Origin: Anthoceros angustus
Taxonomy: Eukaryota; Plantae; Anthocerotophyta
Direction of reading: 5' to 3'
DNA: 64,000 bases
NCBI GenBank assembly: GCA_010909165.1
Contig: MU008167.1
Coordinates: 1,612,001-1,676,000, forward strand
Shown: positions 1 through 12,252 of the stretch, in pieces
Layout: each line of letters begins with the position of its first letter
How positions within the stretch are numbered: position 1 is the stretch's first letter
Translations under genes and position numbers: made by a program
The notes under the pieces: model-generated
What the model was told of the DNA's origin: nothing
The model's input: the letters and a program-made list of their open reading frames with translations, nothing else
Databases searched by the model: none

Positions 1-465
1 CTTTTTTAACCCTACGACTGTCTTCACCGCTGTTAATCCAAAGACATCAATCAGCGTTGCTATGGCCCCTCCATGCAAGGTGTTGTACTTGTTCTGCAGC
101 ATGATCCATGTATTGAGGTCAATCCACATGCAAGCTGATGTAGCCAGCACCAACAACTCCTCCTGATCTCCACTATTTGTTACATGGAATAGCTCCTCAA
201 ATCTGAGGCAGCCGATACAAGCAGGGCCAAAGAGCTCAGAGAAAAAGGATCAGGGAGGAAGACACAACACCCTTACCGCAAGATGAGGAGGCACCCTGAA
301 AGTTGCCAGCACACGCCCTGGCTCGGGGAAGGTGTATGCGATATCCTTGAGAACACAGCTCTCAAACTGGTTCAGCTCTTCCCGAAGTTCCAGAGGCCCC
401 CTTGAAATCAAAGCATTCGTCCATTCCTTCACATATTTGAAAGCCTTGACCTTCTCTTCCGCCAT
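1..465 (-). CDS. Hotdog-fold acyl-CoA thioesterase (ACOT13/PaaI-like), 3' end outside window
   Basis: Exon 1 MAEEKVKAF...GRVLATFRVPPHLA (465-277), GT-AG intron, exon 2 (93-1) NKYNTLHGGAIATLIDVFG containing the HGG...D thioesterase motif. Confidence 0.85.
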
Positions 466-763
466 CACCACGAGCTGATTCAACCTCCTTCCTGAGCCAG
501 GGTTACAACTTACAAGTCGAGCTCCTCGTCGGTACCGGGCTTTCCGATGTCTCGCCCTACCTCAGTTAGAACTAACAGCTGGTTGTACCACGCGCCTATT
601 GATAGTAAGCTGGACGTCGGCGCACCACGCCCCGCATTAAAACATGAAAACATCGCCTGTGCTGTGGAACGTACTGCGATTCCCTTCCCTGGCGAACCAC
701 GCCATTCCCGCTTGAAATCTCATCAGGCGGGACTTTTGTCACTACCGCATTCAGCTTGTGATC

Positions 764-1444
764 ATGGCAGAGCTTTCCGCCAGGAGCAATTCTGAGGGAA
801 TTGAGGCAGCTCGGGATTGGATCGAATTTTCTCAGAAGGGAGTTCCTCCGGAACTAGAGAAGGGGAAACCCGGATTCTTCGACTACTATGTCTGCCATCA
901 CACCAAGCTCGAAAGCGCTGAGAACGGCCGCGTTGTTTTTTCCTTGAAAGTGACCCCAAGCATCTGCGTGAGTACCCGTCTGCATCTCCTTTTGTGAAGG
1001 TGAGTCGTGGTTGCGTGATCCTTGTGGATGAATGATGCTGTTTATTGGATGGATGCATGCAGAATGTGCTCAAGACCATACACGGAGGAGTAATAGCTTC
1101 CCTGGTGGACATCGTAGGGACAGCGGCCATCATCTCCACTGGAGAGCTGAAATCCGGAGTGTCTGTGGATATCAATGTGACTTACGTCTCCGTCGCCAAG
1201 CTCCACGTAAAACTGTTGCTCCCTGAATGAAGGATTTTGTGCGTGCGTGCTCTCTGTCGGTGCCTTGGAGTGACAGTCTTTCCTGCTATTTGTGTTACAG
1301 GACGAGATAGAGATCGAGGCCAAGTGCTTGAAAGTTGGTAGAGTCCTTGCTCAGGTGTCTGTGCACATGAGGAACCGGACAACAGGGGAAGTTGTTGCTG
1401 AGGGTCGTCATACCAAATATTTGCCCGTGGTCTCGAAATTGTAG
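764..1444 (+). CDS. Hotdog-fold acyl-CoA thioesterase (ACOT13/PaaI-like), peroxisomal (C-terminal SKL)
   Basis: 3 exons (~764-967, 1063-1206, 1301-1444); NVLKTIHGGVIASLVDIVGT, GVSVDINVTY, AEGRHTKYLPVVSKL*. Confidence 0.88.
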
Positions 1445-1672
1445 GGCTGTTACCGGTAAGAGACACGGCCACTGCTCTGATTGAGCAACAGAAAGTGTAT
1501 GCTGCTGGGAAACATAGCCGGCACGGAGCTGGATTGGGTGTGCAGAATGCCCTCCCATGGTCTTCTGATTATTACATTTGAAGCATCTTGTTAAACTGTA
1601 CAGCTGCTATTGAGATATTGGTACAAAATGGTATTTACAGTATGCAGGCAGAGTGGAGCAGCTGGAGATTTG

Positions 1673-3549
1673 TCACTTCGCTTGCGCCCCGATCTGCTCC
1701 GCAGACGTGCTCTCAAATATCCTGTCAGCGTTTCCTACTTCAAACCCATCTCTTCTATGCCATTCATGAATCTGCTGCACAGGATGAAGACTTTTAGTTA
1801 TGAACATCGACAAAGGCAGGTTTAGGAGAACCGGGAAGGTTTAGGAGAACCGGGAAGGGTTTAGGTTATGCACCTCTGCAGGATCGAGATTCTCGTACTT
1901 AGGCAGGACAAGCCGTTCTGCAAACTCTATGTAGGATCCAGGTACTGTTCTTACTTCACCGCCAGCAAACGCGTACGACGTCGTGTCTGCCACTGTGGAG
2001 CTTTGCTGGAGTCCACCGTCTGGGCTAACTGCGAGGTGGAAAGCATGCTTTGATGGACCTCACACAATCGAATTTGCTTACCAAGACAAATGGCAGCATT
2101 TGTAACAGATTTTGAAAGAGGCCAAGGGCATGTGATGAACTGCATGCAATGAGATGTTACGTACCCTTAAGAATGCCTCCGTCAGAATTTAGTTTGATCC
2201 CTTTCTCTTGGAGGAAGGCGTTTAGCTTCTCAATCTTCTTCAATTCTGAGGTAAGACGATGTACAGATACTGTTGCATGATTCAAGCTGTAGCCATTCAC
2301 TAAAGTCCAGGCTGCGTACTCGCTTTCACTGCAAAACATACAAGGGAAACAATCAAAAGGTAAGTATTGATCTTCTAGCCGTGAATTTCGCATTATGCGG
2401 TAATGGTAGAGTGTGAAGGTGAAAGAGGAGCACTATAGGAGGATAGACAGCAAGGCACGAACCCCGCAAGCTCTTGGTAGTCACTTAAAGTAGGTGTGGG
2501 CCATGTTAGAGAATTTATGGAACTAGCAAGAGCCGCATGCTGTGAAATTGCAGCTGAGCAGCTAGTGTACTTCCTGATAATTTTCTGCTTCACCCGTTGC
2601 CCAGAACCAGAAAGCATGAGAATGCCAACATCAGAAGGCCACCAACAAACACAGACTGTTAAAGAAATGCTTCATTCTGTAGGTTTACAACTTTCTTCTC
2701 ATACTACTCATGCCCCTAGGTTCTGCAAAGAATCTTACCTCGGCCTCTGGGCTCAGCTCGTTCACAAGGAGCTCCGAAATGAAAACCCTCGGGAGTGGTC
2801 CGTTGATGCCGTCTCCCTGATAATCCAGCAGCCGGTCCGGTGGGGAGAACCATAACGCCCGAATTTTCTTAGCGGGAAACCGCAGCTCATCACGGACTTC
2901 GTACCCAAGGTCCAGGAAAAGGTGAGCAATGGAACTGATACCACAGCCATCAACCTGCAACACATGTCAAGGAGATGGTAAGCCCCAGCCTTCCACGAGC
3001 CCTTGATGAACGGAGAATCGGCGGCATGGCGCACCCCCAGGGTCCGGTACGCAAAATGATCATAGCAGATGCTGCCTTGGTCATGCTTCCGAATTAGCTC
3101 CAACACGTTCGCAGCCGTCGGGTTCTTGTGCAAGTAAGGCACAGTCATCGCTCCCAGAACGTTGCGCAGAAAAACCGTCTGCACCTGTGACTGGAATTCC
3201 AAACAAGGCTACGAATCACGCCTCCTGAGACCAGCACCGGCATGCCAAATCTAGCAGCTTATGAAATACACACCTCATCCATGGCTGCTGCGGGCTCCCT
3301 TTTCAGAGAGGCAAACGCTTGCCGTCGTCCTCTGTTCTGCACCTCATGCGCCCTGCTGCCTCTGCTCACAAAACTGCGAGTCCCATCCCTCCAGCCTAAG
3401 AAAATTTGCGCTCTCTGCACCTCGGTGGCAGGCGGAACGGAATGCTTTGCTCCGGGACACAGCAAATCTGACAAACACCGGAATACCTTGGCCGAGGCAC
3501 CAGGGAAGCCACCGCAAGTCGAAATTGCCATCCCCTTTGTCGACAGCAT
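1673..3549 (-). CDS. DUF1338 protein (2-oxoadipate dioxygenase/decarboxylase, HglS/FLO7-like), plastid-targeted
   Basis: Multi-exon: transit-peptide-like first exon, then YLHKNPTA...CYDHFAYRT, PLPRVFISELLV, ESEYAAWTLVNGYSLNHATVSVHRL, VSPDGGLQQSSTVAD...PGSYIEFAER, HRRDGFEVGNADRIFEST; stop at 1673-1675. Confidence 0.88.
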
Positions 3550-3877
3550 CGTGAATTGGAGCAAAATCACACCCTCTTTTCTTGCAAAATCAGCAATTCT
3601 GCAAATGCTTTGCTCTCCGCGCAGTCTGTTTCTTTGTAACTCCACAACTGCTCTGCAGACCGCCAACCTCGCAAATAAGTAGGTAGGTACCTAGCCTGGA
3701 CTCTGGACGTCGTTGCCAGAAACCAGACACCAGGAGCTAGCGAAACTGGACAATTGGAGTACAATAAAAATTCGATTATTTAATTCAGCAGATTATTTCT
3801 GTCCAACTTGCGGAGCTTACCTGTGGTGAGGTTAACAAGGGCTGGAAGACTGGGTGCAGAGCAGGGAGTTGCGAAAG

Positions 3878-6782
3878 ATGGAGAAGGAGGTGAAGTACGC
3901 GTTTGAACCTAGGCTGGAGTGGGACGAAGGTGTTCGGACCTACCTCAGTCAAGCTTACGGAGCTGCTAAATTTGATGAAATCTGCGCTGCTTTGAGGTAT
4001 GCTCATTTCCGTTGTTGTGCGGATCACGGAGCTTCTGTTGGGATTTTGTCCGGGCTCAAATAGGATGAACGGCAGTGAGTGATGGAATCTGACTCTGAGG
4101 ATGGGTCTGAATGGCCTTGCAGTCGACCATCAGTTCACTCTTGTGTGCGGGTCAACACTTTGAAAACAACCCGCAGGGATGTTATGAAGAAGCTTGCTGG
4201 TTTGGATGCTTGGAAGGATGAGCATTTGGGATGGTTCGGGGGAAGGAACGGGAGGGTAGTGACATCACAAGCAGAGTTGTTGAGTTTGCCTCCTGGAGCT
4301 GTTGACGGAGCTGGGACTGATGTTGGTCCAGGGGATGAATGTTGTGAAGATGGAGGCGGGGGAGAAGCCCAAATGGTGGAGGGTACGGTGATAGCTATAG
4401 AGGAACATGCTGTTTTGGACAATGTAGTGTTGGTGAGAGGACGGGGTCCTTGTGAGGTGAACTATGTTGCAGGGAGTGGCGGTAGCCTGAAGGAGGTGGT
4501 AGTGAGCCGGAAGTGCGCTGAGGCAGTGTTGCGTGGTGCCCATGTAGGACTTGTTCTACCGCTTGATTCAATGGGCATGCTTGTAGCAACTGATGCTGGT
4601 AAATGTCTTGTGGGTTGATGATTGCGTAGCTGTATGCATGTACCGTGTGTGTTGCTGGACCTCGGGCACAAACGTTCCTTTTTCTACTCTGTAGCATTTT
4701 GTGTTCGAGGCCTTGTCTCATATCTGTTTCTATGTACACAGGTGTTTGTTCCAGGAGTGCTTGCTTGCAGTGGGCACATTGAGCGGGGTGATGTAGTTGC
4801 TGTATCCGTTGCCGTGGAGCATCCAGACGGGAGAGGAGGTTGGTCGGTTGGGCTCACCAGAGGAACAACGCTGTCCTCGGATCATGCTAATGCCCGTAAA
4901 TATGCACACCATTCCTTTTGTTCCCCTGCTAAGTTTGGAGACGAACTGTATCAGTATACGTGCTGATAGAGTCATCGCCTTGCAGAGCTTGATGGGTGTG
5001 ACAGAAGTGGCTGGTTTATTGGGAAAGGGCAAGCCATGATGTCCAGAGGATCTATTTTTAAAGAGATGAAAGGTGTTGCTGTGCGAATGACAGAGAGAGT
5101 TTATCAGCTTCCCCCTTTCAATGGTACTCATATGGCATGCTGTTGAATCTGCAGCCTTCTAGCAGAGCAAGGTTTGTGAGTAACAATGTTTGGCAAGTAT
5201 ACGATTGCTCTGACAAAGGGCCGGGTTGAATGGCAGGACTGTTGGAAGGTGAAATATTTCTTCAGAACCTTCCAAGTGTTGTAGCTGCCCATGTGCTAGG
5301 TACCGTCTCTGTAGTTTTCAGTTTCTTGAACCAAGCATGTGCGAAGCCAGTGAATCAAGAGTTGACATACTTACAACAAAGATCTGCTGGACATTTGTGC
5401 ATGCGTTCACTGCAAATGCAAATTGATAGATCCACAGCCAGGAGAAAGGATCTTGGACATGTGTGCGGCACCAGGTGGTAAAACGACAGCAATTGCCCTT
5501 CTTATGTCGGACAAGGGTGAATGTATTGCATTGGATCGTTCTCATAGCAAGGTGGTTCACGTTGCATCATTTTGTCTGTTGCTTTGTTAACTGCTTCTAT
5601 TCTAAGCAACTTGAACTCAGCGCCTTTTGCCCATTTGCCATTCCAGGTGCGTGAAATTAAGTCATTGACACAGGAGATGGGCCTCACTTGTATCCATGCC
5701 TACAAGCTTGATGCACTAAAGTCAGTGCAAAAGGAATGTTCGCAGCAGGTTGCGTCACCTTCAATGGCTCTGCAAACAATGTCACCTCTTGTTGAAGAGG
5801 CAACATCACTGTCCGGCGAATCTTGCTGCCTACCTGGTCATAGAGAAACCTCTGGCCCTTATACAAGTAAAGCGGAAGAGAGAAAGCGTGCACGGAAAAT
5901 GAAGAGTGGACCAGGCAGGAGCCAAGACGTGGGTGTGAAGGTGGAGAAAGTAACTGGCTTTTTCCGCAGAAGCTTTGACAGGGTGCTCCTGGATGCTCCC
6001 TGCTCAGCACTCGGACTACGTCCACGACTCTTTGCTGGAGAGGTACAAGGGGCAATCCTGAAGCTGAAGGAAAGATACGGAAATCTTTACTAGTGTCCTT
6101 ACTGTGAACATTGTTGTGTTTGATACAGGAGACCCTTGACAAACTAAGAAAGAACGGTAGCTATCAACGCAGAATGCTCGATCAAGCTGTGCAACTGGTC
6201 CGGCCGGGAGGCATTTTGTTGTATTCCACGTATGCTTTTCTCCCAACACTTAACCTATTTTCCAGTAGGTCTAACATCATGAGGATGAGGCATACCAGAT
6301 TCTTGGTTCCTTAGACTTTACTGTTTTGTACTTGCAGGTGCACCATCAACCCTGGAGAAAATGAAGCTGTAGTCCGCTACGCCCTGGACAAGTACGGCTA
6401 CCTCTCCCTGGTACCCCAGGTGAGTATGCATTTTGCTGAATGAATTCTGTGCACGACCTTGACTCAACAGCAATGCCAGCTTGACTCTTGCTATGTACTG
6501 CAGACACCTATCTTAGGAGGCCCAGGCCTCGTGGGTGGACTGGCTGTCTTCGATGGAGTTTCCTGCAGGTTGAACTATCTTCGCCCGAAACCGATGCCGA
6601 TCTGTCCTGCTGGATGATCTCAACCTAAACTCCTACTGACATCATCTTGTGTATGCAGAGAGTGGCTGAGGGACGGGGAGCAGCATCTTGTGCAGCGATT
6701 TGATCCTTCTGACCATGGTGACACCATCGGGTTTTTCATTGCAAAGTTCCAAGTCGCCAAGGACTGCGACGTGGAGACGTGA
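3878..6782 (+). CDS. NSUN6: NOP2/Sun family RNA m5C methyltransferase with PUA domain (NSUN6-like)
   Basis: Multi-exon: CVRVNTLK, RKCAEAVLRGAHVFVPGV (PUA), FLQNLPSVVAAHVL, ILDMCAAPGGKT, FDRVLLDAPCSALGLRP, LYSTCTINPGENE, DTIGFFIAKF. Confidence 0.9.
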
Positions 6783-7460
6783 TTCTTGTCTGCCGCACAC
6801 AATGAAACATGAAGGATGAACATCTCATGTCTTACTCCAACTTTGGTTGGATCTGCAGGAACAGACCATCGCGATATGTTGTTGCATATGGCTTTCTTTT
6901 GCTGCCTACACTAGAGCTATAGAACCAAGTCCGGACGTTGGATCTGCCTTTCAAAACTCCCCATTTTGAGGGCTTGTTCTAGTAGCCTGCCAACCTGCCG
7001 ATCTCAAATTGGCGAAGAATCGGGCTCCATCGCTACAGGAGCGCTTCCTCTGCACGGTTATCCATAGAGGCGGTTAACGGACCAGTCCGTTCGATCCCGT
7101 TCGAGCCACGTCGGAGACCGGCGGCAACAGTGGCCATAGTAACTTAAGTCCGTAGGCAATTACATATCCTGACCGTTAGACTACAAACGCTGCCTCCTAC
7201 TCCTATCTTGTCTGATTTATGCGAGGTACGTGGTACGCAGGAGAAAAATCAGAAATATATTTTTTAGAATTTTTAGACGAAAAATCCGAAAAGGGGTCTG
7301 GACGTCATGGGATAATTGGTCTACTGATAGATGAATACCAGTCTAGCCCCCCACTCTTGGCCCTTTATTGGGTTGTTCCCCTTGGTTCTGAGTAGATGGA
7401 TTTTCCCATCTCTTCTTTTTAATAAAGTCTCCATTGTAACATAGATACCAGTCAATGTAC

Positions 7461-7500
7461 AAGAAGAAGAAGAAGAATTTTCATTAAGTCCATTGAGGAG
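7461..7500 (-). repeat. Degenerate 3' end of a retroposon family with (TTC)n tail
   Basis: GAAGAAGAAGAAGAATTTTCATTAAGTCCATTGAGGA matches copies at 8137, 51298, 51955 and 52652. Confidence 0.55.
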
Positions 7501-7628
7501 ATTGTTATTTGGACTAGTCCAAACAGAGGATCAGTTGTATCATGGTTGCTTCTAGAAAAGATGTTTTGGTTCTTTCTAGTTGCAGTTTGACACCAGACAC
7601 TCCTCTTTGCGACTTTTCGTTTTTCTTC

Positions 7629-7871
7629 TTACTTAATGTTGAATATTAGCATGAACATGCAAGGACTGATCGCTATATATACATGGAAATATGATTTTTC
7701 GTAGGTTCCTGCTGCAAAGTTGCATGGTATTGGTGTTGCTTGATCATTATCATTATCAACGGGAGAATCTCGCGCTTTAGACCTTACACGATAAATGATA
7801 AATGCTAAGAATGCTACAATTTCAACGATTGTGAACAAGTAGAGGGATATGTTGTGGGTTTGATTCTCCAT
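7629..7871 (-). CDS. Possible small single-pass membrane protein (80 aa)
   Basis: ATG start; hydrophobic stretch ISLYLFTIVEIVAFLAFIIY followed by basic RVRSKAR; AT-rich context; no recognised family. Confidence 0.3.
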   Translation of the reverse strand: MENQTHNISLYLFTIVEIVAFLAFIIYRVRSKARDSPVDNDNDQATPIPCNFAAGTYEKSYFHVYIAISPCMFMLIFNIK

Positions 7872-8136
7872 TGTCTTGCTACAAGCTTTCGGTTATGAGA
7901 GATATGCATTGGGAGATTTACCATGATTTGAAATGTTTCGATGCATGAGATTGTTGTTTGAGAGGTCTACATTTATACCATGCCTGAAATAATAGTTCTG
8001 CAGTTGCTTGTACATGTTGAAAACATATAGAACTTATGCAGCGTTTAGCACAAAGCTGAATACTTGTGCGATACGACGGTGCTAAACCTCATTTTCTAGA
8101 GTAGATTGTCCTCGGGCACAAACTTGACACCGGTAA

Positions 8137-8195
8137 AAGAAGAAGAAGAAGAATTTTATTCAAGTCCACTAAGGACGGATTTCCGTCATGGGAGT
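8137..8195 (-). repeat. 3' end of retroposon (AATAAA followed by (TTC)n tail)
   Basis: Reverse complement reads TCCCATGACGGAAATCCGTCCTTAGTGGACTTGAATAAAATTCTTCTTCTTC; shared with 51298 and 52652. Confidence 0.65.
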
Positions 8196-8907
8196 GAAAT
8201 ATGATAATACCCATAAGTGAGATTTTAGAAGCACAAAGGTAATATATAAGAAAGATATATAATAGATTATATTACCAATTAAATTCTCTCAAATAATTAT
8301 GCTCCTTGTATGGTTTGTTCAAAGCTTATCTGAAGAATGGAGGGTAGTATAATCCCTGGGCTCGGCGGGACCAGCATCTCCGGTAGGATAAAGACCACAT
8401 TTCTTGCTCGACGTATGTCCCCAATGCTCTACGTATTCACATTGCAGGTTGGAGGATAGGATAAGACGTGTTCAACAAGTGGAGCGTGATCGTGGCCGCA
8501 TCCGAGGCTGTCATTTGCTCAGCCCGGTTCGGGCTCCTGGTCCGCTTGCGTGGAAGAGTGTGCGCCTCGCTGGCGGGACGTCCATCGCGCAATGTGTGTT
8601 CAGGATCCGCTCGTTTCGTTGCGTGTTGCCTCCGTTCAGGTGGATGCGAGAGTCCCGAACCCAGCGTCCGTGGCCTCTGCCCCATTCTCTGCCTGGCAGT
8701 GCATATACCCGACCCGTCTGCTCTCCCGGGAGCCCGGCCTTGTCTTCGCTTGCTTCCCCCTAGCCCACTCCCTCTTCCTCCGGAATCGCGTGAGCAGGAA
8801 GACCCCGGAGGCTTCCTCTTTCCCCTCCAGGCGCAGGGTACTAGACTGCGCATTCCCTTTCCGGAGCGTGAATAGCAGCGGCAGGTTTGTTGGGTTGTGA
8901 AAGCAGA

Positions 8908-11358
8908 ATGGCGCAGGTTGTGGGCATCGCAGCTCTGCCTTCCTCTTCCCTGGGCCTGGCGGCAGCCGGGAGGCGGGGAGGAAAGGTGGGCTCTGCTTTT
9001 GTGGGCGATAGGCTGGCCAGCGCTGTTTCCGTGGAGTTGTGTCCCGGGAGGAGGAGTGCGAGGAATGCGTGCAGCAGGGCGGCGATGGAGGAGGCTGCGG
9101 CCTCCTTGAGGGCCTCGCTGCCGGCTGCGGCCATGGCGTCCCTGGTGGCGGCGCTGGCGAGCTCGCAGATGGCGATGGCGGCGGATTTCGCGCCTCCTCC
9201 GACGGAGGGGGCGGCCGTGGAGGCTTTGCAGCTGCAACCGCAGTCGCAGGCGGAGCCGCTGGCTGAGTCGTCCCTGACTGCGCCGGTGCTGAAGAAATCC
9301 GACCTCCCGGAGGGGACCCAATGGCGGTACAGCGAGTTCATCAACGCCGTGAAGGCTGGGAAGGTGGAGAGGGTGAGGTTTGCGAAGGACGGGTCGACGC
9401 TGCAGCTGACGGCTGTGGATGGGCGGAGGGCGGCTGTCACTTTGCCCAATGACCCGGACTTGGTGGACATTTTGGCTATGAATGGGGTGGATATCTCGGT
9501 GTCGGAGGGGGAGGCCGGGAATAACTTCATTGGGGTGTTGGGTAACATCTTGTTTCCGATTCTGGCCTTTGGAGGGCTGTTTTTGCTGTTCAGGAGGCAG
9601 GGAGGAGCCGGAGGGCCTGGTGGGTTGGGCGGGCCCATGGACTTTGGGAGGTCTAAGTCTAAGTTTCAGGAAGTGCCTGAGACGGGAGTCACGTTTGCTG
9701 ATGTTGCCGGGGCTGATCAGGCCAAGCTGGAGTTGCAGGAGGTGGTGGATTTTTTGAAGAATCCTGAGAAGTATACTGCTTTGGGTGCGAAGATTCCCAA
9801 GGGGTGTTTGTTGGTTGGGCCTCCCGGTACTGGGAAGACTCTGCTGGCCAGGGCGGTGGCTGGGGAGGCTGGAGTGCCCTTCTTCTCGTGTGCTGCTTCT
9901 GAGTTTGTGGAGCTGTTTGTGGGAGTGGGGGCTTCTAGGGTCAGGGACCTGTTCGAGAAGGCCAAGGCCAAGGCTCCTTGCATTGTGTTTATCGATGAGA
10001 TTGATGCTGTGGGGAGGCAGAGAGGGGCTGGAATGGGAGGTGGGAATGATGAGAGGGAGCAGACCATCAACCAGCTGCTGACGGAGATGGATGGGTTTGC
10101 AGGCAACAGTGGGGTCATTGTGCTGGCTGCCACTAACAGGCCGGATGTGCTGGACTCCGCCTTGCTCAGGCCCGGGAGGTTTGATAGGCAGGTCACTGTG
10201 GACAGGCCGGATGTGTCGGGCCGAGTGAGGATCTTGCAGGTGCATTCCAGGGGGAAGTCCTTGGCTAAGGATGTGGACTTGGAGAAGATTGCAAGGAGGA
10301 CTCCTGGTTTCACTGGGGCTGATTTGCAGAACCTCATGAATGAGGCTGCCATCCTGGCGGCAAGACGGGACCTGAAGGAAATTAGCAAGGATGAGATTTC
10401 GGATGCGTTGGAGCGCATCATTGCAGGGCCGGAGAAGAAGTCGGCTGTGGTGACGGAAGAGAAGAAGAGGCTGGTTGCTTACCATGGTATGACCTGTCTC
10501 CCTTGGCAATGCATCCTCCTGTTGCCAGTATTGGGTTTGTTTGTAGGTGTGCCTTGCTGAACAGGGAGGAGTCGTTTGCTACTTCTGTTGCAGAGGCAGG
10601 ACATGCTTTGGTGGGCGCTCTGATGCCGGAGTACGACCCCGTGGCCAAGATCTCTATTGTTCCACGAGGTGGGGCAGGAGGATTGACATTCTTTGCTCCC
10701 AGTGAGGAGAGGCTGGAATCAGGGCTGTACAGCAGGTCCTATCTGGAGAACCAAATGGCTGTTGCTCTTGGCGGAAGGTAGTTCATCTGCTTCTGCTTGC
10801 TTCTCTTCCTCTTGTTGAAGCTGTTGATGTTTTGGTGCACTTCCTCGAAGGGGAACTAACTGATTAAGTTGTCTTACGCATGCAGGCTTGCAGAAGAGCT
10901 CATCTTCGGAACTGAGAATGTGACAACCGGCGCATCTAACGACTTCATGCAAGTATCCAGAGTAGCCAGGCAAATGGTGGAACGGTTTGGTTTCAGTAAG
11001 AAGATCGGCCAGCTTGCTCTCGGAGGTGGCGGAGGAAACCCTTTCCTCGGGCAGCAGGTACATGCCTGAAAGTGCTGATCACTGAGGCTTTGTACATGTC
11101 ACAGGGTCTGACAAGCCTTCCGACCTTACTGTGCAGGTGTCCCAACAATCAGACTACTCCATGGCCACAGCTGATGTGATTGATTCCGAAGTACGGGAGC
11201 TGGTTGACCGAGCGTACACCAGGGCAAAGGTGCTGATGACCACGCACATCGACATCCTCCACAAGCTAGCAGCCCTCCTGATGGAGAAAGAGACGGTGGA
11301 TGGTGAGGAGTTCTTGAGCCTGTTTGTGGACGGCAAGGCCGAGTTGTATGTGAACTAA
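8908..11358 (+). CDS. FTSH1: Chloroplast thylakoid ATP-dependent zinc metalloprotease FtsH, type A (FTSH1/FTSH5-like)
   Basis: Transit peptide, [12 protein letters not shown], Walker A GPPGTGKT, Walker [26 protein letters not shown] split by intron 1, TTGASNDF; 4 exons ending KAELYVN*. Confidence 0.95.
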
Positions 11359-12252
11359 TTCCTTTTCCGAAGCACTGTGATATAGACCTGCTTCAGGTTC
11401 CTCGATTGTATCGCTCATCACAATAAAAATGGTCTGTAGAGCTAAATCAAAACCCAAGGACGAAGTGTATCATATTCCAGTGTAGAGAAGAGACCACCCT
11501 CTCCACCTCCTGGGGCTCAAGAGTTTCCCACTGTATCTGTATCAAAGTTTTGGAAAAATGGATCTGGCTGATGAACTTCACCGTCGCATCTTGTCGGTAT
11601 GAGATCGCAGACAATCCACAAGGTGATAAGATCCTCCTGCACTGCCTGCATTCAGACCCGAGGATACTGGATTACTGTGCACATTCCACCATCAATCCGC
11701 GTGTGGGCAGTGGCCATGTGTAGTCTGTAGAACTCGATGTAGTGTTGAGATTGTGGATTCTGTCAGAACGCTGCAACCCCCCTTCATCCATGGATTGTTA
11801 CAGTAGATTACACGGTCATTAGCTTCTGCTTCCTTCCCCATAGTGTTGTTAAACCATGTTGTTTGATCTTCACCCTGCCTTCATTTGGCTTAAGCTTCCG
11901 AAGAGCGAGATGAAGCGCTGCGGTAAACCTCGAGGGGACGGGTTCTCTAGTTCTCACCATTGTGTAAGTCCTCACGCTTCTTCTTGCTGCTCCCGCCCCG
12001 AGCACCCGCATCAATTATTGCGTCTCGATAACGGAAGCTCATCACTTCTTGAACCTCGGGTTGTGGAAGATGTGCGTGAGCTTGAACGTTTTCGCATTTT
12101 CTTGTGAAGCCATTCGCTTGTGAAGCGCATTTCTGTCTGGAGGATTTTGTGCTTCTGATGCTTCTTGTGCTTCACGCTTGCACATTTCATTCTTGTGCTG
12201 CGTTTCAGTCTTCCTTTTAGAACTCCAGATCTCGATTAGGAGCTGGAATGCG

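Noticed and set aside
3242-3682. 146-aa plus-strand ORF resembling a transit peptide
   Set aside because: Antisense to the first exon of the DUF1338 gene, which has a proper donor site on the minus strand
8437-10509. 690-aa antisense ORF
   Set aside because: Shadow of the GC-rich FtsH exon 1 on the opposite strand; no independent protein features
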